In this document: positions 18,596 to 26,601 of the stretch, in pieces | Numbering within the stretch: the first letter of the stretch is position 1 | How the letters are laid out: every line of letters starts with the position of its first letter | Origin: a candidate division FCPU426 bacterium | Lineage (GTDB): Bacteria > Oederibacteriota > Muellerivitia > Muellerivitales > Muellerivitaceae | Assembly: GCA_963796105.1 (NCBI GenBank) | Contig: CAWCKJ010000012.1 | Span: 1 to 64,000, forward strand | DNA: 64,000 nucleotides | Direction of reading: 5' to 3' | The notes under the pieces: generated by a model | What the model was told of the DNA's origin: nothing | What the model saw: the letters and a program-made list of their open reading frames with translations, nothing else | The model's database searches: none | Translations under genes and position numbers: made by a program

Positions 18596-19603
18596 ATGGA
18601 AAAATTCAATCTCGACGGTCCGGCCGCGTTTGTCATCCCTCATTGGAGCCAGGGTTCCGAAATGGAGCGCAAGTGGCTCGATGAGACTTTGGAGAGGATC
18701 AAGCTCCAGACCGACCCCAACTGGGTGGTGCTTATCGCCGACGGTAATTCCCCCTCGGCGGAAGCCAAGGATTACTTGAGGAAGCTGGAAAAGGAATATA
18801 ATGGCAAGCTCAAGATCTTATTTATGGACCATTCCGACGGCCCTGGCCATGCCCGTAACGTGGCCATCCAATACGCCTTCGAGAAGAAATACCCCTTCAT
18901 CGTCTTCATCGACGCCGACGACCTGACCCACCCCTGGAGGGTGGAAGTGGTCCGCGATATCTACAAGAAAAACTCCAGCGCGGGGGTGGTTTACAGCACC
19001 TTCAACGTCATTAACGAGGACGGCAAACCCACGCCTTATTCCAAGTGCTCCCAGTCCATCGTGGAGATCCTGGAATCCCATTCCAACGCGCCCCACGGCA
19101 AGGACGCCTGGATTGAGATCTGCACCGAGGCCGGCTACACCAACCTGACTTCCACAACCTCGGTCCTGACCGGCATCGCCAAGGAAATCCCCTTCCCCGG
19201 CGAAAAGGCCAGCGAGGATTATTACGCCTGGCTTTGCTACTCGGCCAGCGGGGCGGAATTCGTGTTCACGCCCTTGACCCCCACCAATTACCGCATTCCC
19301 CAGAACACCCAGGGCTCCGCTTCCAGGAGCCGCGAGGGGGGAAAGTCGAAATTTTACGAGACCAAGTGCCGGGTGGACGCGGCGGGAGTCGAGAAAGCCA
19401 TTGAATTGGCCCAGAAGCGGGGTGTGTTGGATAACGCCAAGGCCAACGACATCCGGGCGAAATTCTACGTGAAGGAAGCCGTGACCATGTTCCGTGAGAA
19501 CGAGATGGGTCTTGCCAAGATGTGCGTGGAAAACGCAGTCAAACGCAACGCGGCTTTAGCAAACAAACTGATCGCGAAAAAGGGCCTGACAAGTCTCAAA
19601 TAA
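18596..19603 (+). CDS. Glycosyltransferase family 2
   Basis: FVIPH, ADGNS, GPGHARN, FIDADD (DxD) and SED motifs. Confidence 0.88.
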   Translation: MEKFNLDGPAAFVIPHWSQGSEMERKWLDETLERIKLQTDPNWVVLIADGNSPSAEAKDYLRKLEKEYNGKLKILFMDHSDGPGHARNVAIQYAFEKKYPFIVFIDADDLTHPWRVEVVRDIYKKNSSAGVVYSTFNVINEDGKPTPYSKCSQSIVEILESHSNAPHGKDAWIEICTEAGYTNLTSTTSVLTGIAKEIPFPGEKASEDYYAWLCYSASGAEFVFTPLTPTNYRIPQNTQGSASRSREGGKSKFYETKCRVDAAGVEKAIELAQKRGVLDNAKANDIRAKFYVKEAVTMFRENEMGLAKMCVENAVKRNAALANKLIAKKGLTSLK

Positions 19604-19611
19604 AATAAAGC

Positions 19612-19653
19612 AAAAAAAAAGCGGGGACCCTTTAAAAGGTCTCCGCTTTTTTT
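19612..19653. terminator. Bidirectional intrinsic terminator between the convergent GT2 and HU genes
   Basis: A9-GCGGGGACC-loop-GGTCTCCGC-T7. Confidence 0.85.
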
Positions 19654-19744
19654 ATTTCTAACGATTTTTCATGAGAAAAACCAAATAACCGTCACCCGTT
19701 TAAGGCGAATTACTCGGTTTTTCAGCTACAGCCAAACCCTAAAG

Positions 19745-20023
19745 CTATTTCTCGAGAACGGCGATCTTTAGGTCTTTCACCACGCGGAACTTGACAACCT
19801 TCTTGGCCGGGACTTGGACTTGTTCCCCGGTGCGAGGGTTGCGGGCCATGCGGGCCTTGCGGTCCTTGAGCTGGAACACACCCAAGCCGTCGAGCTTGAT
19901 CTTGTGTTCTTTTTTCAAGGTTCTATAGATGAGTTGTTGAAGGGCTTGCATCAAATTCGCGATTTCACTTTTCTTCAGACCCGACTCAGTCGCCAACGTC
20001 GTCAGCATTTCACTCTTGGTCAC
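19745..20023 (-). CDS. hup: HU-family DNA-binding protein (paralog 1)
   Basis: GLGVF...ARMARNPRTGEQVQVPAKKVVKF; AAGGAGG RBS, GTG start. Confidence 0.95.
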   Translation of the reverse strand: MTKSEMLTTLATESGLKKSEIANLMQALQQLIYRTLKKEHKIKLDGLGVFQLKDRKARMARNPRTGEQVQVPAKKVVKFRVVKDLKIAVLEK

Positions 20024-20280
20024 GTTGCTACCTCCTTGAATTAAAGCCTACTTGTGCATATTTACCCAGAATATCGACGATTTTACAAGGTGATTCTTTA
20101 ATCCTGGATTTACCGGTCCTGGCGCCAGGCCATGCCAACCTTCCAATCGATGAAGTTGACTCAAATGGCTTGGAAAAGCTCCATTGCCACCTTTGGAGCC
20201 AATACCGCCAAAAGAAACCCCTTCCTGCGCAAAAGGAACCCATTCTCGGCGGGATTCTTCACTTTTCGGATGGTTCCGGG

Positions 20281-20802
20281 CTATAAAAGCGGCAGTTGGT
20301 CCGCGTTCGGCTTGAGTTTCTTGGCGCCCATTTCCCTGAAGACAGCCCCGTGGGTATGGATATGTAAAACCTTCCCAAGTTCCTGGTATGAGCGTTGGGA
20401 CATGAATTTCACCTCAATATTCCCCCCCTCCGCGGGGAGAGTATCCTCGACCAGGTAAGGAACCTTGTCCCTGATCCAATAGACGAGACCGTTGGAGTGG
20501 GTAAAAGTAGGAGCGGTTTGCTGTTTGAGCGCTTCCTCGTCCGAGGGAACATAACCCGTTTCATATTTAAAGCCGATCTCATCGAGCGCGTAGATGGTTT
20601 GAGTGCGCTCATGGTGGAATAATCCCGTGTCCATGGCGTCCCAAGAGAGATTGCCCACCCTTTCCTTCAATTGCTTGAACAATTCTTCCCTGTTCCCTGC
20701 CTCGATGTTTAATAGACCGTAAATTTTCTGGAGTTTGGAACTCGGAATTTGGTGGGTGAAACTCAGGATTTTATCCGCGGGGATTAATTTTTCAGGCGGC
20801 AT
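20281..20802 (-). CDS. Hypothetical protein
   Basis: 173-aa globular-looking ORF with GAGG/GAGAG upstream; no motif recognised. Confidence 0.65.
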   Translation of the reverse strand: MPPEKLIPADKILSFTHQIPSSKLQKIYGLLNIEAGNREELFKQLKERVGNLSWDAMDTGLFHHERTQTIYALDEIGFKYETGYVPSDEEALKQQTAPTFTHSNGLVYWIRDKVPYLVEDTLPAEGGNIEVKFMSQRSYQELGKVLHIHTHGAVFREMGAKKLKPNADQLPLL

Positions 20803-21063
20803 GGACTCTCAACCTCAGTGTTGGAAAATTTTGAAACCTCTGAAAAGCTAAAATAAAGCTTCAAACAGAGGTTTCGACCCCAAAGATTTCCGCAGGAAAT
20901 TGTGGAGTTACCATGAATGGTTACTAAAAAAGCCGACGATATGCCGGCTTTTTTAGAGCTAAAAATATTTCTAATTATACCGTCTATTTCCCGGGCCTGT
21001 TCCCGATTATCCATTATTCCGTCGCCATTCTTGGGCAAAAGGCCCTTTTCACGGTCAACCGTC

Positions 21064-21360
21064 TCACGGTTTATGGATGTAAAGATAGTAATAAGCCCCG
21101 AAAGCGGCGCACAACAGGATGAATAACAGCATCTTCCAGAAACGCCACTTCCGATAGGACGGTTCTAATTTGGAAGTGGGTCCCATCGAGAGCAAAGCGC
21201 AAGCGAAAGCGCCGAAACCCGCCACAACGATTGGAAAATACTTTTCCTGCCCTCCCTCGGTGGATTGCTGGATGATGAAATAACCATAAATGGCGCAAAT
21301 GAACAATAACCCGGCTAAAAGTTTATAGATGCCTTTCACATTGCCCCCCGAGATGGACAA
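21064..21360 (-). CDS. Small hypothetical membrane protein (about 3 TM)
   Basis: Three hydrophobic segments; directly downstream of the SBP gene. Confidence 0.6.
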   Translation of the reverse strand: MSISGGNVKGIYKLLAGLLFICAIYGYFIIQQSTEGGQEKYFPIVVAGFGAFACALLSMGPTSKLEPSYRKWRFWKMLLFILLCAAFGAYYYLYIHKP

Positions 21361-21385
21361 CCACTAAACATACTTTCTCGTAGTT

Positions 21386-23020
21386 TTATGGATATTTCTG
21401 CTGGTCCTTTGGCACGTACCACTTTTCCGGATGGATCCTGACGCCGTTGGGATTCATTTGATATCCCTTGAACCTTTTGTGGATGGCGATCAAACGGCCT
21501 GGGTAATATAGGAAGGTGTAAGGCTGGTCCTCGTTGAGTATGGATTGAATTTTCCAATAGATCTTCTGGCGTTTCTTCATATCGAAGGTTTCACGCCCCT
21601 CTTCCATGAGCCGGTCGGCTTCTTTGTTGCTGTAGCTGACGAAATTGAATTGGTGCTCGCCCATCTGGCTGGAATGAAGAATCTGGTAGATGTCCGCCGG
21701 GTCCGGGTCGGTAAACCACTCCCCGATATAGGCGTCGAACTTATGGGGTTCTAAAAATTGGGACCACCAGGTGCCATATTCGTAAACCTGCACATCCATC
21801 TGGATGCCCAGTTGCTTCAACTGCTGTTGAATGATCGTGCCCATCTTTTCGGCTTCGACCCATCCTTGGCAGATCAAAAGGGTGAATTTGAACGGCGTAT
21901 CCTTGCCGGAAATGATCTTGTGCAGGATCCCATCCTGGCCCGGCTTCCAGCCCGCCTCATTAAGATATTCCTTCGCTTTTGCCGGGTCATAGGGCCAAGG
22001 CTTGATGGCCGGGTTATTCGCCCAGGTATGGAAACCAACAGTGCAAATAATCCCCTGGCCAAAAAGAGCGTTTTGGATGATGGAATTACGGTCGATGGCC
22101 ATCGTCAGGGCCTGCCGGACCTTTTTTTCCTTGAATAAAGGATTCTTCGGATTCCAACCGGTATAGACATAGGCCAATTGATTCGTTTTATAACCATTGT
22201 AATAATCTTTGAACTTGGGCGTGTCGGTCTGCCGGGCATATTGTTCCGCGCTCATCCCTACACCCAACCAGGGCCCAATGGCGTCGACCTCCCCTTTCAG
22301 GAGCTCCATGAACATTGTGGATGGGTCGGGAATGATTCTCATGACGAACCTTTGGATATGGGGCTTTCCTTCCCAATAATCAGGATTGGCTTCCAAAACG
22401 ATCTGCTGGCCGGTTTTCCATTCCACGAATTTGTAGGGGCCGGTACCGATTGGATGACGGTCGAAATCGCAATTGTTGATGTCTTTGCCTTCCAATAAAT
22501 GTTTGGGAAGGATGTTTTCGAAGGTCTGGGCCAGGGCCGGAGGATAAGGTTTTTTATAGTTTACCCGAACTGTGTAGGGGTCCAAGATTTCGACGTTTTT
22601 GATTTCATCGTAGTAGGACCCCCGGGGGGTATTCACCTTCGGGTCGGAATAAACCTTATAAGTGAAAAGCACGTCCTCCGCCGTGAACTCCACCCCGTCG
22701 TGGAATTTGACGCCCTTGCGCAGGTAATAGGTAATGACTTTTCCATCCTTGGAAACGGTCCATTTTTCCGCGAGACAGGGTACGGGATCCCAATTTTCAT
22801 CAAAACGGGCCAACCCGTTGAACACCAAACCATCGATGCCCCAGGGAACTTCATCAGCTGCCAGGGGCGGCATTAAATGCTTCGGCTCAATTGTACAGGC
22901 TTCCACCAGCGTGTCCCCGTCAGCCACCGGGCCGTCTTGGGAATAAATTTTGGGGTCTTTTCTTCCGCAACCGGCTGCCAGGAATAGAACCAGAATGAAA
23001 AATATTGCTTTACGTATCAT
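21386..23020 (-). CDS. Family-5 (OppA/AppA-like) peptide-binding lipoprotein, copy 1
   Basis: Lipobox LAAGC; LRKGVKFHDGVEFTAEDVLFT and PIGTGPYK; GAAAGGTGG RBS before ATG 23020. Confidence 0.93.
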   Translation of the reverse strand: MIRKAIFFILVLFLAAGCGRKDPKIYSQDGPVADGDTLVEACTIEPKHLMPPLAADEVPWGIDGLVFNGLARFDENWDPVPCLAEKWTVSKDGKVITYYLRKGVKFHDGVEFTAEDVLFTYKVYSDPKVNTPRGSYYDEIKNVEILDPYTVRVNYKKPYPPALAQTFENILPKHLLEGKDINNCDFDRHPIGTGPYKFVEWKTGQQIVLEANPDYWEGKPHIQRFVMRIIPDPSTMFMELLKGEVDAIGPWLGVGMSAEQYARQTDTPKFKDYYNGYKTNQLAYVYTGWNPKNPLFKEKKVRQALTMAIDRNSIIQNALFGQGIICTVGFHTWANNPAIKPWPYDPAKAKEYLNEAGWKPGQDGILHKIISGKDTPFKFTLLICQGWVEAEKMGTIIQQQLKQLGIQMDVQVYEYGTWWSQFLEPHKFDAYIGEWFTDPDPADIYQILHSSQMGEHQFNFVSYSNKEADRLMEEGRETFDMKKRQKIYWKIQSILNEDQPYTFLYYPGRLIAIHKRFKGYQMNPNGVRIHPEKWYVPKDQQKYP

Positions 23021-23111
23021 GAAATCCACCTTTCATATTTTTCAGTTAAAACTTTTCAAACCCCGGGGAGGGCGCTTTACCCCGGCCGATCCGCAAATCT
23101 CCCTACGTTTA

Positions 23112-24887
23112 CTACTTCGTGTGTTTTTCAATCCAATCGGTGATATATTCCAGCGCTTCGGGCGCGAATGTTTCAGTGTCATCAGGCCATTCTTCTAAAT
23201 CACCCGTAATGGCGTGTCGGAGGGCATGATTCAAACCCGGGAAAACCTTGGAGTTGAATTCCGGATTTTTCCCTTCCTTTAAGGCTTTTTCTATGGCTGG
23301 AGTATTAACGTCGGGGGGGACTAATAAATCCTTCTCACCGCTTACATCCAAAACGGGGCAAGTCACCCGCTCCAAGACCGGCCTAGGATTGAATTTCTCC
23401 CAGGATTTCCAAGAAGGAAATGAAGATTGATTTTCAGCCCAATTCGGTAGTTCCTTTTGAAAATTTATTAATTCTTTAGGTTTGTATTTCTCAGCCATTA
23501 CTACCTGGATGAATTTGTTTATTTTAGATTTGGCTTCATCTTCGTTCTTGGAGTTGATCACTTCTTCATCCAACCGTTTATTGATCCTTGTATTAAAGGC
23601 AATGAAATCATCCGTACGATTCTCCGTCTTCCCTATCCTTAGAACCTGAAGAAGGTCTAAGCTTTTGCCATCCACACCGATTCCTCCCATCAAGACGATA
23701 AAGGCAGCATCCTTTGATCGCGACGCTACCAGGGGCGCGCTACAACTCCCTTCGCTATATCCGATCACGCCGGCTTTGAGGGGATTCACCTCTTTTCTAC
23801 TCCTTAAGAATTCGAAACCAGCACGCGCGTCGTCGGCAAAATCCCCGATTGTGGCCTTATCGAAATCTCCCGAGGAGCTTCCCACCCCGCGTTTGTCGTA
23901 ACGCAATACCGCGATGCCATGCCGGGTCAGGTAATCCGAAAGAGCAAGGAATGTTTTATGTCCCAAAACTAAATTATCCCGGTTGGTAGGACTCGATCCA
24001 TGAATAAGTAATGCCGCAGGGAAGGGACCGTTTTGTTTGGGAAAAGTCAGGGTTCCGGCCAGGGTGACTCCGGCCTTATCATTGGTAAAAGTCACCTCTT
24101 CTTCCCGGTAAGGGAAAGGCCTTTTTGGCTCGTAATTCGCCTGCTGTCGGACCACCTTCCGGTTAAAGGCCACCGTGAAGTCGAAAACCTTCTTTTCCCC
24201 CGGCTTCCAGACCCAAGTTTTATCGGTGGGTTCGTTGTGGGAGAGGGTGGCATAAAATCGCCTTCTCCATTTCGAGCTGTAAAGCGTCGCGTGAAGCCCT
24301 TGGGTTTTGAGTTGGACAGTCAAATTCCCAAAAGTACGCGAAGGCCCCAGCGAAAAAGGCCCGTCGGAATGAGCCAATTCCATTTCCCGGTCCGGGGGCT
24401 GAATCTCTGGCAGGGTCCCCGGGGTCGAGCCCGACTGGTACAGATTCCCCGCCCAGTCGTCGTATAAAAAATCCAATTGCGCCGCGACCCGGAGGATTTC
24501 GACCGGTCCCGAGGGGATGAATGTGTAGCGGACATGAATTCCGGTTTTCAGTACCTCAATCGTAGTTTTTAAGTTTGCCCATACATTATTCGGCAGGCTG
24601 GCCTTCACCTGGAGATTGGAGGCCTTGCCTGAGACATCGAAGGTATGACGGCCGTTCATAAGATCATCAAAGCCTTCAGATGAGTAAATCAACGGTTTTA
24701 TGTACATGACTTGCTTGTCGTTATCCAAAATATTGATGGAACCGTTGTCCCAAACTTGAACTTGAAGGGGCTTTTTGTCAACGGTTGTGGGACTTGTGAC
24801 TGAATCCGCCCACATCAGGCTGGGGAAAAAGAGGATAGCCCCGAAAAACAGCCGTAATACGAATCCGTAATTTTCATACCGCTTCAT
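23112..24887 (-). CDS. Secreted alpha/beta-hydrolase with extra N-terminal beta-rich domain
   Basis: Signal peptide; LAGTLTFP, HGS, LRYDKRGVG, GYSEG nucleophile, GEKDLLV and GLNH. Confidence 0.88.
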   Translation of the reverse strand: MKRYENYGFVLRLFFGAILFFPSLMWADSVTSPTTVDKKPLQVQVWDNGSINILDNDKQVMYIKPLIYSSEGFDDLMNGRHTFDVSGKASNLQVKASLPNNVWANLKTTIEVLKTGIHVRYTFIPSGPVEILRVAAQLDFLYDDWAGNLYQSGSTPGTLPEIQPPDREMELAHSDGPFSLGPSRTFGNLTVQLKTQGLHATLYSSKWRRRFYATLSHNEPTDKTWVWKPGEKKVFDFTVAFNRKVVRQQANYEPKRPFPYREEEVTFTNDKAGVTLAGTLTFPKQNGPFPAALLIHGSSPTNRDNLVLGHKTFLALSDYLTRHGIAVLRYDKRGVGSSSGDFDKATIGDFADDARAGFEFLRSRKEVNPLKAGVIGYSEGSCSAPLVASRSKDAAFIVLMGGIGVDGKSLDLLQVLRIGKTENRTDDFIAFNTRINKRLDEEVINSKNEDEAKSKINKFIQVVMAEKYKPKELINFQKELPNWAENQSSFPSWKSWEKFNPRPVLERVTCPVLDVSGEKDLLVPPDVNTPAIEKALKEGKNPEFNSKVFPGLNHALRHAITGDLEEWPDDTETFAPEALEYITDWIEKHTK

Positions 24888-24977
24888 AAAGCCTCCTTAT
24901 TAAAATTAAAAATTAGTGTGGAGGTAACACCCTCAAACCAAACCGAATGGTAACCCTGTCAAGCCGGGTTTTGAGGC

Positions 24978-25166
24978 TCATTTCCAATCCGATTCGCGGC
25001 GCTTGCCGAAGTAGAAGGCGTCGATGGCCCTGCGGATGAGGTCAGTCCGGTTTTGCCCCGTTTGCTTTTGTTTCTCCTCAAGAACCGCGACTTCCTGGGG
25101 CGTCAACCGAAGAATGATTCTCAACCCTCCAAGGGGCTTTCTACCTCGTTTATTAATCTTAGCCAT
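24978..25166 (-). CDS. CopG / ribbon-helix-helix protein
   Basis: RIILRLT beta strand followed by NRTDLIRRAIDAF; AAGGAGG RBS. Confidence 0.8.
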   Translation of the reverse strand: MAKINKRGRKPLGGLRIILRLTPQEVAVLEEKQKQTGQNRTDLIRRAIDAFYFGKRRESDWK

Positions 25167-25245
25167 ACCCTATTCCTCCTTTCAAAAATAGTCTATTGAA
25201 TTATGATGTTTATCGTACATCCGTATTAAAAAAGATCATAGTTTT

Positions 25246-25266
25246 TAATACTAATTATTAGTATTA
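25246..25266. promoter_or_regulatory. Perfect AT-rich palindrome upstream of the RHH gene (candidate operator)
   Basis: TAATACTAAT-T-ATTAGTATTA. Confidence 0.4.
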
Positions 25267-25465
25267 TTCGGGAACGGTTAAAGAACGCCAAGGAATTTCA
25301 TATATCGGATTTAATTATTTTTAGGAGAGCCGGGATCGAAATTAATTTTTAAAGAAATATCGTTGAAATAATTTATGAGAACCTGTTACGGGATCTAGCG
25401 CGTTACTACAATCACATCCCAAATAATTTTCTCTCCGCGCGGATTACGAAAACTTTTTTCTATCT

Positions 25466-26470
25466 CTAATCCCCGCCGCGGACAAGTTCTTTCGTCCCAT
25501 TCCATGCGAGGCAGTTTCGGCCCCCTCGTTTCGCCAAATAGAGGGATCCATCGGCGCGAGCCAGGAGCTTGCCCGGGTCATCCTCCGGCCGGAGCATTTC
25601 CCCGCCCACGCTGACCGTGATATCCAGGGAAGCGCCGAGGATCTCAACCTTGTTCGAAGTGATCTCCTGGAGTAACTTCGAAGCCCAGGAGCGGGCGGCC
25701 GGCTCATCCGTGTCATTGAGAATCACCACGAACTCATCGCCCCCCAGACGGCAGGGGAAATCCGTTTTCCCCAATCGACTCTTGATCAAGCCGGCCAGGT
25801 GGCAGAGCACATCATCGCCCGCGGGATGGCCGTAGGTGTCGTTGATGGATTTGAACTTGTCGATATCGATAAAGATCAAAGCCAGTCTTGGATGGGCCGG
25901 GCCGGTTTCCTTGGCGTGATCCATGAACTTGGCCAACTGGGCGTTGAAACACCTGCGGTTGTAAAATCCCGTCATTTCATCGGTGAGGGCCATGAGTTCC
26001 TTGGAGTCCAGCGCGTCGGCGGTCCGGTGCAGATAATCCAGCATCTGCTCCAACTGGCCGGTTCGCAATTTCAGCTGTTTTACCAGGGACGTTTCCGATT
26101 CCACGAGATAGGTGCAAGCCTCTTTTAATATCCCAAAAGCGGTCTCCGGATTCTCCTTCCGGAACTGCTCGAGCGTTTCCCGGCTGATCACCCTCAGCCG
26201 GCAATCAGTTGACGCGACCGCCGACCCCGTGCGGCGGTTAAGGTCCGTCAGAACCACCAGCTCGCCGAAAATCTTTCCGGGTCCCAGCTCTTTCCTTTGC
26301 CGGTTTTTGTCGAACAAAATGCAAACCTTGCCCTGCTCAATGATGTACATGCAGTCGCCGGTCTCCCCCTCGTTGAAAAGGACAGTCCGCTCCTTCACAT
26401 CGCGCGTTTCGCCGATGGCAAAAAGAGGCGTGAAAATTTTCAAATCGAGGGTCGGGTTCTCTTTTGACAT
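25466..26470 (-). CDS. cNMP-binding domain + GGDEF diguanylate cyclase
   Basis: LFNEGETGDCMYII...FGEL...RTGS; DIDKFKSINDTYGHPAGD and RLGGDEF. Confidence 0.93.
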   Translation of the reverse strand: MSKENPTLDLKIFTPLFAIGETRDVKERTVLFNEGETGDCMYIIEQGKVCILFDKNRQRKELGPGKIFGELVVLTDLNRRTGSAVASTDCRLRVISRETLEQFRKENPETAFGILKEACTYLVESETSLVKQLKLRTGQLEQMLDYLHRTADALDSKELMALTDEMTGFYNRRCFNAQLAKFMDHAKETGPAHPRLALIFIDIDKFKSINDTYGHPAGDDVLCHLAGLIKSRLGKTDFPCRLGGDEFVVILNDTDEPAARSWASKLLQEITSNKVEILGASLDITVSVGGEMLRPEDDPGKLLARADGSLYLAKRGGRNCLAWNGTKELVRGGD

Positions 26471-26601
26471 ATCTTTGCCTTCCAAACGCCCAATGACTCA
26501 AGTGAAATGGTTCTTTTTGTTCTTCCCAGTCGCGGTCAATTTTATCGTAAAAGGTACTTAACCTGGCAAAAGAAGCCGGCCGGGAACAAAACAATAAAAT
26601 T

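Noticed and set aside
20028..21126. Short ORFs 20028..20243, 20132..20458, 20784..21038, 20917..21126
   Set aside because: No recognisable motifs or convincing RBS, and they overlap promoter regions or better-supported genes.
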